A stretch of DNA of 64,000 bases. Origin: Eledone cirrhosa. Its lineage: Eukaryota. The translations under genes and the position numbers were made by a program. The notes under the pieces were generated by a model. The model saw only the letters and a list, made by a program, of their open reading frames with translations, was not told the DNA's origin and ran no database searches. This document shows, piece by piece, positions 53,111-64,000 of the stretch. Where the stretch lies: positions 124,186,001 to 124,250,000 of the forward strand of contig OZ024741.1 of assembly GCA_964016885.1 (NCBI GenBank), in the 5' to 3' direction. Positions within the stretch are counted from its first letter, which is position 1. The number at the start of each line of letters is the position of its first letter.

Positions 53111-55163
53111 GTGTGCGTGTATTTGTGTGTATTACATGCATACTGGCCCATTCCAGTCGGTTTTGGTACAAGTAACTGTGTTTGCTACTGAATCCATAAT
53201 GCAGTTGCCGTGTGATTAAGGATATATCTTCGCATACATTTGTTTCATGTTCGGTCGTCCTACAACCCACTGTACTCTAACGGGTGAACTTTGGTGCACA
53301 GTATACATATATATATATATGCTGTATGTGCGTGCATGGTTTAATGTGTATTCCAACAGTCGTGCCTAAGTGGGTTCGATTCCTGGACCGTGTAGTGCAT
53401 TTTTCCAGTCCACTCTCTTGGTAACAATCTAGTTGCGAATGTAATTGATGTTAGTGTTAGGAATGTTGCTACTTGATTCAGATTGGTTTTGGTAGTAGGA
53501 GTATGGTAAAGAAACTATGGCTGGTGGTCGTGATAGTAGTAGTGGTGGTGTTAGGAATAGTTTGGGCATATTGGGACGATATTAACAACTGTGTGATAGT
53601 GGCATGGTTGTATTAGGAGTAATAATATTAGTCTAGTTTCAACCGTAGTAGGAATATTTGTTATTGTTTTTGTTGTTGCCACTTCTGGTGTTGTTGTTAT
53701 TTTTGTTCTCTTGAATTCCATCTGTTGCTAGGGCTTTGTATTATGTGTGTGATTTGAAGTCAGAAACGAGAGGTTAGAAACAGATTACATTCTTTCATAT
53801 TGTCTCCATATTTGTATGAGATTTCCATCAACTCACCCTCAATCTGAGCTAATAAGAAGGGCTTTCAGACGGTAGATCGATTCGATCCAGGATCCAGACC
53901 GCTATAAGAGGTCAAGGAATATTTTTAGCGACTTGCAGTGGTGATGTTTCATTGAAACCTTTAAAGCAATATCTATTGATTTAAAACAGTAAACTATCAA
54001 AATACAATGATTTATTATTCTAGTTTTACATGAACAATATTTCAGTCTTTTCTTTAAACTCATAATCGTTATTTTCACGACAGAGAAAGTGACAAATTAA
54101 TGAATCTAAGTTCGCAAGTAGGAGAGCATATATATTTCTTGTAACAAACTTTAATTTCTATTCAGCCCGAAACAAATTAATCAAATATAAAATTTCAAGA
54201 CGATTAGTTTACCGGTGTTTAATACATGTTACACGTGAAAAGAAGCAATAAACTATAAAAGCAGTTTGGAATTAGAACACCTAACCAATTTACTACTGTG
54301 TATTGCATCATATATTAGAAAAGACTCGGTAAGCTATAAACATAAACGCATCTTTAATGATTCACATAAGTGGAAGAAAGTGGTTTATAAATATTTTCGG
54401 TTACAATCGGATTGTATTTGCATTTAAATGACTCGTTAAATTTGAATGGATGATTTGTAAACTCGATATCACTACTGCCCATTACATCCAGCCAGGCATT
54501 CTACTAGATGTTTGGCATCTGCCAGCTAGTGATTGGTTTTTACATGTTAGAATAGAATTAATAAATGCGAACTAGTAAATTCATATATTCTGGATCCCTA
54601 AATTGTTTCCATCCGAATGGGTTTACATGGTGGTGCTGTGTGACGTAGTGGTAAGAGTGTTGGCTGGGAGTTTAACCACCGCGATGGATTGGCGTCATGT
54701 TATGATGTAGTCGTGTACTCTTAGTCGCTTCACACTAAAGAAACCAGGATAAACACCCGCCTGATGAGCCTCTGGCCTCGAGACTGACTTTAGAATGGAT
54801 TTACATGAATCACATTGAGAAGCCATGCGGTAGTGTGTAAGTTGTGCATTTTATGCGAATAATGGTGTTTTAAATGTTGTTTGTATTGGAATATATTACA
54901 TGATCACTTTTTTTCAGATTTTCCTATTATATTAAACTAATACCAAAGGCTGTTTAGTGTGTTGGTCACATCTCATGATATACTCACTTTGTGATCGGTA
55001 TATGAAAGTTACATGCTGGGAAAATGTCTTAAAGGGATTTAATCGATTATATTGATTCAAGTAATCATTTTCTTCAAGTCTGGAACATCTTTTATTGATC
55101 TCTTTGTAGAACTTGTGAGACATAAATAAACAACAAATATAACTACACACAGAGACCTCCCCA

Positions 55164-55283
<120 letters not shown>

Positions 55284-55290
55284 TTATATT

Positions 55291-55355
55291 TATAGCTTTG
55301 GGTGGGTCACTGCATTCTGAAGAAACGTAGGTGGGAGGATACTATGCGAAAGCCT

Positions 55356-55388
<33 letters not shown>

Positions 55389-55455
55389 CAGGCTTTCGCA
55401 TAGATTCCTCCCACCTACGTTTTTTTCAGAATGCAGTGATCAGACCAAAGCTATA
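55291..55455. repeat. Inverted duplication (about 65 bp) of a SINE tail around a (TA)n loop
   Basis: Arms 55291-55355 and 55390-55455; the right arm continues into a reverse SINE (gctatagtagatatcacttgctcaagg). Confidence 0.7.
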
Positions 55456-56821
55456 GTAGATATCACTTGCTCAAGGTTGCAAACAGTAGGACTGAACCCT
55501 GAAGTGATCTCGTTAATCACAGAGCGATGCCTGTTGATACATAATATTTAACTCTGAATAAAATATTCAGACATTCAAATGCATTTGTTAAGTTTAGTAA
55601 ATGAATTTAACTAGTAAATCATTTATGAATAAATAATCTGAGAAATGAATGAAATCTCTTCAGACAATACATGTATTCTCTTGACGACTAATATAATTAT
55701 AAAGGGGACAGTCTCACTCTCTATATAGATATCGGTTATATGAACAATTATCTATTTTTATCCGAATATTTTATACAGACAAATTGAATAATATAATCGA
55801 ATCTAGTTATAATCAATATAACACTAAGGAATACGAATTATTTACTGAATCACTAGAGATAATCGATAGGTTATGTCAAGTTAAACTAATCTGACAATTG
55901 TAAGTGGTTGTTTAATATACTTTTTTTTAGTTTTACTAATTTTAGTTGTTACATTGTAACCATCATGGGTAACCGATTTATAATTAATTATATCGACGCC
56001 AGAGAGTATTTTGGTCTCGACTGGTGCTTATTTCATCGACTTCTCTCCGAAATTCTAGTTTACGGGAAATAAACATACACACCATAATTACAGCAACGGT
56101 TTTAAGCCGTGTTAACGTAAACCAGGCATTGGGAGGAGAAACGAGAGATCCCCCGCCCCCCACACACACACACACGTGCGTCGTGTGTGGCTTAATGGTT
56201 AGTGCGTTTGACTCTTGATCATAAGGTCGTGATTTCGTTTGACAATAGTGTATTTTGATCCTGAGCAAAACCCTTAATTTCCCGTTGCTCCAGCCCACTA
56301 AGCTGATAGAAAATAGTTACTGTGTCACTCTGGATCTCCCTTCTCTACAACTGTGTTAAGTGGACATGTGTCTGTGTAACGCTTAGTCACTTACATTGCC
56401 AACAATGAAAAAATGACTAGGATCTAATGGTCCTATGGATTTTACGTTTATATTTTGTAAATAAGAAAGCTAATCATTCAATTCTTTATTAAAGCTGTAT
56501 GACGTATATACAAATTTAGAGTTTATATATATTTATCATGAGATAAAATGTATGCATGCATGGTCATGTATCTTCTGAGAGAATTGGAGGTTCATCGTAT
56601 TGACATACGGCGTTTCTAGGGCATTTTTAAACCTGGTGGAGCCCATTTCATTTCAGGTCTGAATACAGCAGAGTTCTTCCAGAAAAGGATACAGAGTGAG
56701 AGAATGGAAGTGAGAATGAGATACTGAGGAAGAATCAACACCAGTATTTGACAGGTACTTTTTTATCGACCTCAAACTGATGAAAACAAAGTTGACCTCT
56801 GTACTTACATATATATATATA

Positions 56822-58250
56822 TAAACTATAATAAAGGAAGGTCTGCGGGACTGCGTACGGTTTTTTTTTCATCCCGTTTGTAAAATAAGTTGGATTACTT
56901 TGAAGAAATAATGAATTAATATTACATAATTGATGTACTCAATTTCGTAAACAAAAATAATTTCGTAAAAATAAATAATTTAAAATTGACTTCTTTTCAA
57001 AGTTGCACTTCCGTCATATCGTCGCCACCACCACCACCACTTCAACTACCATATATATAGAAAGAGAGAGTGTGTGAGAAAGAGAGAGTGTGTGATGAGA
57101 GAGATAGAGAGATTATGATTTTCTACACACTGATGCGTATGATTGTGCACATACATCTATATGTATGAGTATATAACTATTATCGCGCAAACACAAACTT
57201 ATAAAAATACACTCTCACGGACATAATTCACACAAATACACATACTTTCACACACATATACATACTTTCACACACATATACATACATTCACACATACTTT
57301 CACACAAACATACATACTTTCACACACATATACATACATTCACACATACCTTCACACAAACATACATACATTCACACATACCTTCACGCAAACATACATA
57401 CATTCATACATACCTTCACACAAACATACATACATTCATACATACCTTCACACAAACATTCATACATTCATACATACTTTCACACAAACATACATACATT
57501 CATACATACTTTCACACAAACATACATACATTCATACATACTTTCACACAAACATACATACATTCATACATATACATTTACACTAACATACATACATTCA
57601 CACATATACATTTACACAAACATATATACATTCATACATATACATTTACACAAACACACACATACAGTCATGATAGCGTTCGGTTTAATTGGAATTGGGA
57701 GGGTAAAACAAGTATAACGTTTTATTTATTTATTAACTCTGTATTTATTTATTAACTGTTTTTGTTTAAACTCATCTAAACTATAATAAAGTAAGGAGCG
57801 CGGGACTGCGTACGGTTTATAATTGTTGATCCCATTAGTAAAATAAGTTGGATTACTTTGAATAAATAATGAATGAATATTACATAATTTATCTACTAAA
57901 TTTCGTAGCTGTTCATTAAATATATTTTATTATTTATTTAAAGATTCACTTCTTTAAAATGTTCAAATGCCAACACTTCCGGTGGCGATCGCTTAAATAA
58001 ACATACTAATTTTCTGTCACTAATTTTCTCCTAATGCAGTTTATATATCATATCGTCTTTTTTAATGTATCGTGGATTACGATACTGATTACACGATACA
58101 GAGTAACGCAGTATTCGTTCAATTTCTGTGTATATTGTCAATTACGATTTTATTTGATGTATCATATCTACATGTATATATAATTTCGTATAATACACAC
58201 TACACATGCTAACAGAAAACCACTAGAAAGGGTGGTTTTTTTTCTGCTAG
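56822..58250 (+). mobile_element. Helitron-like family H1 with duplicated 5' head and internal 32-bp minisatellite
   Basis: Heads aactataataaag at 56823 and 57779; minisatellite at 57230-57665; 3' hairpin aaaaccac..gtggtttt plus CTAG|t at 58250. Confidence 0.7.
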
Positions 58251-58252
58251 TA

Positions 58253-58578
58253 TATATAATGAAAAATAAAAGTTACGGGCGAAAGAGAGGTATATCCATC
58301 GTGTCTTTTTTTCTCTCTCGTCAAACTCGCCAGTTCTAAATGAGTTGTTGACTTGATATTTTTCCTATTTATCCTCTCTTTACGTTGCTTCCCCCTTCGT
58401 GTCTGTTTACATGTTTTTCTCCTTCCCTGCTTTTTATCCCAATAACTTGTTTCAGTTATTGTTCGCGCTAGGCTGAGGTATCTTGGTATAACGCGTAGAA
58501 ATACCTATGACACCTAACAGACAAATGGAGATGGATATTCCTCTCTTTCGCCCGTAACTTTTTTTATTTTTCATTATA
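58253..58578. repeat. Inverted repeat of about 48 bp flanking a pyrimidine-rich spacer; probable PLE terminus
   Basis: Arms 58253-58300 and 58530-58578. Confidence 0.65.
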
Positions 58579-58613
58579 CTTAAATGCAACCACACAGCTC
58601 GCCATTTTATTTA

Positions 58614-58674
<61 letters not shown>

Positions 58675-58677
58675 GTA

Positions 58678-58709
<32 letters not shown>

Positions 58710-58711
58710 TA

Positions 58712-58743
<32 letters not shown>

Positions 58744-58761
58744 CGTGTGTGTGTGTGTGTG

Positions 58762-58806
<45 letters not shown>

Positions 58807-59136
58807 TACGCCTTCAGGCATGTCCTATGAGACAGAAGCAACTGTCTCCAAAAGATCCGGCTTGATTCCCAAGCGTGCTAAGCCGAAATCGTGCTTGGAT
58901 TCTATCCCTGGATTTCGTGCCAACTGGGTTTCTCCGAAAATACTATTAATTTTTCAAAATATCCTGAGACATTCTAACTTGTATCCGTAGTAACAGAGTT
59001 GAAATCCGTAAATTCAGAGAAGTAGTGCCACTGCTAAGAGAGAGATACTAACAGAGACAGACATACCGATGCCATGCATGCAGGAGAGAATTATTTATTA
59101 GATAACCGGGCTGACATGGACTTGTGATTGGGCAAC

Positions 59137-59187
<51 letters not shown>

Positions 59188-59406
59188 TGTGCGAGTGTAC
59201 GCATATGTATATATATATATATAAATACATACACACATATACACACACGATTCCATATATATATATATGCGCGTACCCGTATGTAAATGTATGTATATGT
59301 ATATATCTGTATGTGTATTTGAGATATATATATTCATTTACATACATATAGACACTTGGATTAGACATACATACACACACATCTATATATATATATATGC
59401 ATATAC

Positions 59407-59494
<88 letters not shown>

Positions 59495-62310
59495 GCATAT
59501 ATACGTTTGTGTGTGTGTGTGTATGTGTTTGCGTGTGTATTAGTTTTAGTTATTCCTCTGCCAAACTCTGGATAAATAAATCAGTTGTTTAAGTAACTTA
59601 CGTCACCATGGCTAGATTTTGAGAATTTCGATTTGAATGTTATCTCGAACATTACTTATCAGTGGGTCTCATAGGGACACCCATTAGGTATAATTCTGAA
59701 AGATCGATCGTCTTTATAACACCGATCAATTTTGATCAGTGACATTTCAGTAATTCTGTCTTATTCTCTAGAATCAGTATAGGTAATAACTCGGGAATAT
59801 ATCGGGTTTCGAACTAAATATTGATGTGGCTTCCGTTGGTTTCAGCTATAATGATTGCAGTTGTTTGATTAAATTACATATATTTAATTAATTTGTAAGT
59901 GTACACCTCACCGTGTCATATTTAATGTAGCACAACAGCCAGATCAGCATGACACAATATGTAAGAAACCTTAACATTTGAATTACAAATATAATCCATT
60001 TGACGGTCTTCTACGGATTAATTGAAATCCAAATATTTGTATTGATCTGGGGCTATAGTAAAGGCACTTGTTCAAGATACTAAGCATTGGGGTAGAACCT
60101 TATACCTCATGGTTACGAAACGAAAGTCTTAACCACTCAGTTATTCCTCAGTCCACAAACTAAACGTTATAATCTAGTTCTGATTGTCGTATAGAAGACT
60201 GCTGATAGGAGTAGAACAAGATAAAAACTTGTTTCACCTGTTTGCACTAAATACCGATTGTAACCTCAGCACCTTCCTACATCTACTTTACATATTTTTA
60301 ACGTTAAAGATAGGAACCACTCTGCCAATTTACTTCCTTCTGCACAGTGAAACAAAACAGGAATAATTTTATTCATTCTTTAAAAAAGAAAAAAAAGCCC
60401 TCACTAATTCTTCTAGAATTCCTTCACCATCTACTTCGAAGCCTGCATTATCATAATTCTAAAGAGAAAACGAGATCTTTGAAATATTGCTTGCGATTAT
60501 TGAGCTAAATTAACTGATTAAAAAATAAGGATAATAAATGTTGTATCTTTCCTGTGATGTATAACGAATGAGTGTGGTATCGTATGGTCCCGTAGCTTTT
60601 TGATGTAGTTACAGGGTCACCCTATTGACATAAAGCGTTTCTCCGGCATTTTAAGCTTGGCGGATCCCATCCCTCTCCAGGTTTGAACACAACAGATTTC
60701 TTTCAGAGAAAACTAGAAAAATAATAAAGTGAGAAAGAGGAAGAATCGACCCTCGTACAGACCCCCAAAATGGATGAAAGACAAATTTGACCACAGCAGG
60801 AACAGAGAGCTGGAACGAATACTGGAAAACTTTCTATCCGACGTTCTAACGACACTGCCGATTCGTCGCCTATAACGAATGAATAGATCGTGGTTATTCA
60901 GGTCTAATTGCCATTCTATCAAACTTCAGGTATACGAACTTATGTGTTCACATATTTTCGGTCTTGAGAAAAGGAGCCGATCCACAGATCGGGCAAACGA
61001 AGCAATATGTATCGGCCCCGATAAGGATGAAAGGCAGTGTTGTTCTCTATGCTATTTAAACACAAATCACAGTTATCTGGAATAAAAGTCTTCGCCAATT
61101 CATTGTGTTATATTCAAGGATTCGCTCAATTATGATAAAATATCAATGTAAGTTCCAATGTAGAGTAAGGTAACTCCCCAAAATATAAATGTATACACAA
61201 AGGAAGGAAAATAAAATGATTTTCAATGTGTATGATTACTATTTTAATAGCTATAAAATCCCTTTGAATTCATTATATTTAAATGCATTTAAATCCTTTA
61301 TATTTTTAAGTATTTGCTGTTTCGAATTCAGATCGTATTATGGATGTCTGCTATGTCCTTTACCCGTATATTTTCACACCTATAAAACTAACCGTAAAAT
61401 CCTCAAATAAACATATTTGTGTTAGTGTACTTCAAAGAGTTTTTGTACCTCGTCAAACTAAATCAGTATTAAGAGGGCACGCTAAGTGTTTCTGAACGTT
61501 TTTTTACACGTCGTAATAGTATTTATGATTAGGAAAACGAGGATTACTGGACTAAACTTCATCCAATCAATCCTAATGTGGTTTCTATTGATAATAAAAT
61601 TGACAACAGACGTATGGATATGCATTCATTTCTGTAGAAAATCAATTTCTGAAGGAAATATTAACCAATATCGTCAGAGGTATCATTTAAGCTAGTGAAA
61701 ATAATAAAAGGATTATATTTCAACTGCTGAAAATAAGAAATAGAAGAGTAAAATACGCAGTGATAAATGTATATTATAAACTATCACAGTTTCTATTAAT
61801 ATATATGCATTAGCACTAGCATTCGTTCTAAAAATCGAAAAGTGAGATTTTAATGAGATGAGTGCCCGTATGTCTGCAACACACAGGAAGAAAGAATACT
61901 TTTTTCCCACTCATAAATAGATCAAATAATCGTCTAAAAACATTTGAGCTGCTTCTTCTTATTCATATATTGTAAGAGCAATGCTGTGCTTTACATTGGA
62001 ATATATATTTCTATTTCTATTATGCACGACTAAAAAGAACTTGTATATGGAAAGCTAAATACAAATAGCCTATGTGACATAGAGAAAGAAACAGAGAGAT
62101 ATTGAGCGAGAGAGAGAAAGAGAGAGAGTTGGCATCGATTTTTCTTCAAGAAGTATTAATAATATTTAACACTATTATTAGTTAGATCGGTAATTATTAA
62201 TTAAGAGGAAATAAATAACTGCGCAATTATAGGCATTGTATAATAGATAGTTGTTACTAATTTCTAATAATAGAAAGAAATATGTAAACAATACTTTCCT
62301 CTATTTTCTA

Positions 62311-63251
62311 CTAGCAGTGGTACCCGGGGTTGCACGAGATAAGGTATTTTGGAACGCGGGCCGCCAACAGACCTAATCGTGGAGAAACTGAATGCCTGGA
62401 CAATATGTAAAGAAAATAAACCGAATACTCTGATGGCTGGATAATCTTTAAGATTTTACTCGATGAAGCAGGAAAAATGCACGTTTTCACCTAATGCAGG
62501 CCCTAGGGGATCAAGAAAATGAATTTTTGATGTGCATAATATGCCTTGAAATTTCGGGAAAATTCTGCTAAATGTAACGCCTGAAAAAAGCCCTAAAAAG
62601 CTGAAAAAAGGAAGTTTTTCACCTAATCCGGGCCCTAGGCCATAAAAAAGTTGGATTTTTTTTGCTAATGGTATGAAGAAGAGACTGACTAATACACAGT
62701 TACAATTTCAAGGAAATCAGTCTGACGTAACGCCTCAAAAAGACCCCTAAAACCTGAAAAAACGCATTTTTTCACCTAATGCGGGCCCTGGGGAATCAAA
62801 GTTGAATTATTTTATGCGCATAATACTTCCTGAAACATGTAATACACATGAAAAGTTTGAAAAAAGTCGGGTGGGTACTTCTCGAGTTTTAGGGATTCAA
62901 ACTCACAAACACACGCACACACACCCACACAAACACACACACACACACAGACATCTTCAGGGAAGTGACGCAATGCAAACAGTCAGACATACAGACAGAT
63001 TTATAAGGGCGCGATGTTATATGTATGTATCTATCTAAAAAGAGAAAGACTAAGAATTATAGAGAGGGATGGCTAAATCGCCTAATGCCGTCCCTAGGGC
63101 ATTGAACATTTGAAATGGTATTTGCTCAGAACACTCCCTGAAACATAAGTATTACATGTGTAAAGGTTGAAAACAGTTGGTTGGGTGCTTCACGAGTTTT
63201 AGGGATTCAAACTCACACGCACACAGACAGACATCCTCAGTTTTAGATAGA
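62311..63251 (-). mobile_element. Helitron-like family H3 copy with internal subrepeats
   Basis: Minus 3' end ctcgtgcaaccccggg...CTAG|t; cctaatgc.g.ccct.ggg subrepeats at about 62489, 62622, 62775 and 63081. Confidence 0.7.
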
Positions 63252-63379
63252 TATCTATAGAATGTTTTAGATTCTGAGTTCGATTGCCTGCGGCGCGTCG
63301 TGTCATTAAGCAAGGCATTTCATATGAAGATTGGTCCATTCTACTCTGTTAAGAAAAAACATCAATCCTAACTGTACTT

Positions 63380-63500
63380 GAATGGGCCACCCATGTCACC
63401 CAGAGCGTCACGGTGATTCCTGCTCAAAACTACGTTAAATGTACTCGTGTATATGAAAGTCCCAGCAACTTGCACCTTAAATTCACGTGAAAAAAAGTTC
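63380..63500 (+). pseudogene. Possible highly decayed Tc1/mariner transposase C-terminal fragment
   Basis: With one frameshift reads EW/PPMSPRASR*FLLKTTLNVLVYMKVPAT, resembling WPPRSPDLTPxDFFLWGxLKxxVY. Confidence 0.35.
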
Positions 63501-64000
63501 CGTTGCTCCAACAACTGCAATACGCGATTTCGGAACCGATGGAAGTTGAACTCACTGTAATGTTTGGATGTAAAAATATTCTTGTGTATCCTGACATTTT
63601 TGTTTGGATTCATTCACAATAACCTGGACCATAAGAAATCATCCCATTTTACGAAAGACAAAGTAATAAAAGCATTCCCTTATTTTATACAAATCTGAAT
63701 GAAATGCTTGCCTTTTGTCAAATGTATTTTCATTTTATAGCTGCACCACTTTCAGGATCTGGCAACGCATTCATTTCAAATGATAGAAACGAAGCGTGCT
63801 TCACTGCACGTAATCGTATAGATTATACAAAAATATTGAGCCAGGCAAACTGGCTCTTAGCTGTTAAATACAATTTCTGATTCTGAATGCGATATATCTA
63901 AAAGGATCATTTTATTGTTTTGTTTTGTTTTTGTTTTCAGTTTTTCTAGATATTTACAATTGAATCATTCATTGGAAGAAACGAAAAGGTTGTGGAATAA

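Noticed and set aside
53838-55080. Two possible minus-strand exons with GTGAGT donors (about 53838-53902 and 54988-55080)
   Set aside because: The first has stops in all frames; the second has a weak acceptor and no recognisable protein similarity.
55312-55358. CTGAAGA...GAAA hammerhead-like string
   Set aside because: No stem III, UH or stem I closure; the sequence is an inverted SINE tail.
58440-58900. HHR-like strings at about 58470 and 58845 (also 30400-30465)
   Set aside because: Core too degraded to call.

Overview
AT-rich eukaryotic DNA dense in (TA)n/(CA)n microsatellites and made almost entirely of transposon debris. The tRNA-derived SINE families resemble those I recognise from octopus genomes (inference). 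I cannot support any host protein-coding gene; most listed ORFs are microsatellite artefacts. Recognisable elements: a decayed L1/Tx1-like LINE 5' half (1-2660, -); a Naiad-type Penelope-like element (PLE) with RT C-terminus and GIY-YIG (about 7640-10067, -); RTE and CRE LINE fragments; a 5'-truncated CR1 LINE with an uninterrupted 640-codon ORF (16890-18926, +); a Neptune-type PLE GIY-YIG fragment between long inverted repeats (51525-52946); several non-autonomous Helitrons, two MITEs and many SINEs. The main hidden signal is RNA structure. By eye I find about 10 type-I hammerhead ribozyme (HHR) motifs with an intact core (CUGANGA...GAAA...UH) and about 10 decayed ones. They belong to several unrelated sequence families, mostly have a short palindromic stem III, and mostly lie in fold-back inverted repeats next to (TA)n arrays. 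In one family the fold-back repeatedly pivots on HHR stem II, leaving palindromes made of two 3' half-ribozymes. All folds were assigned by hand and coordinates are approximate to a few nt.
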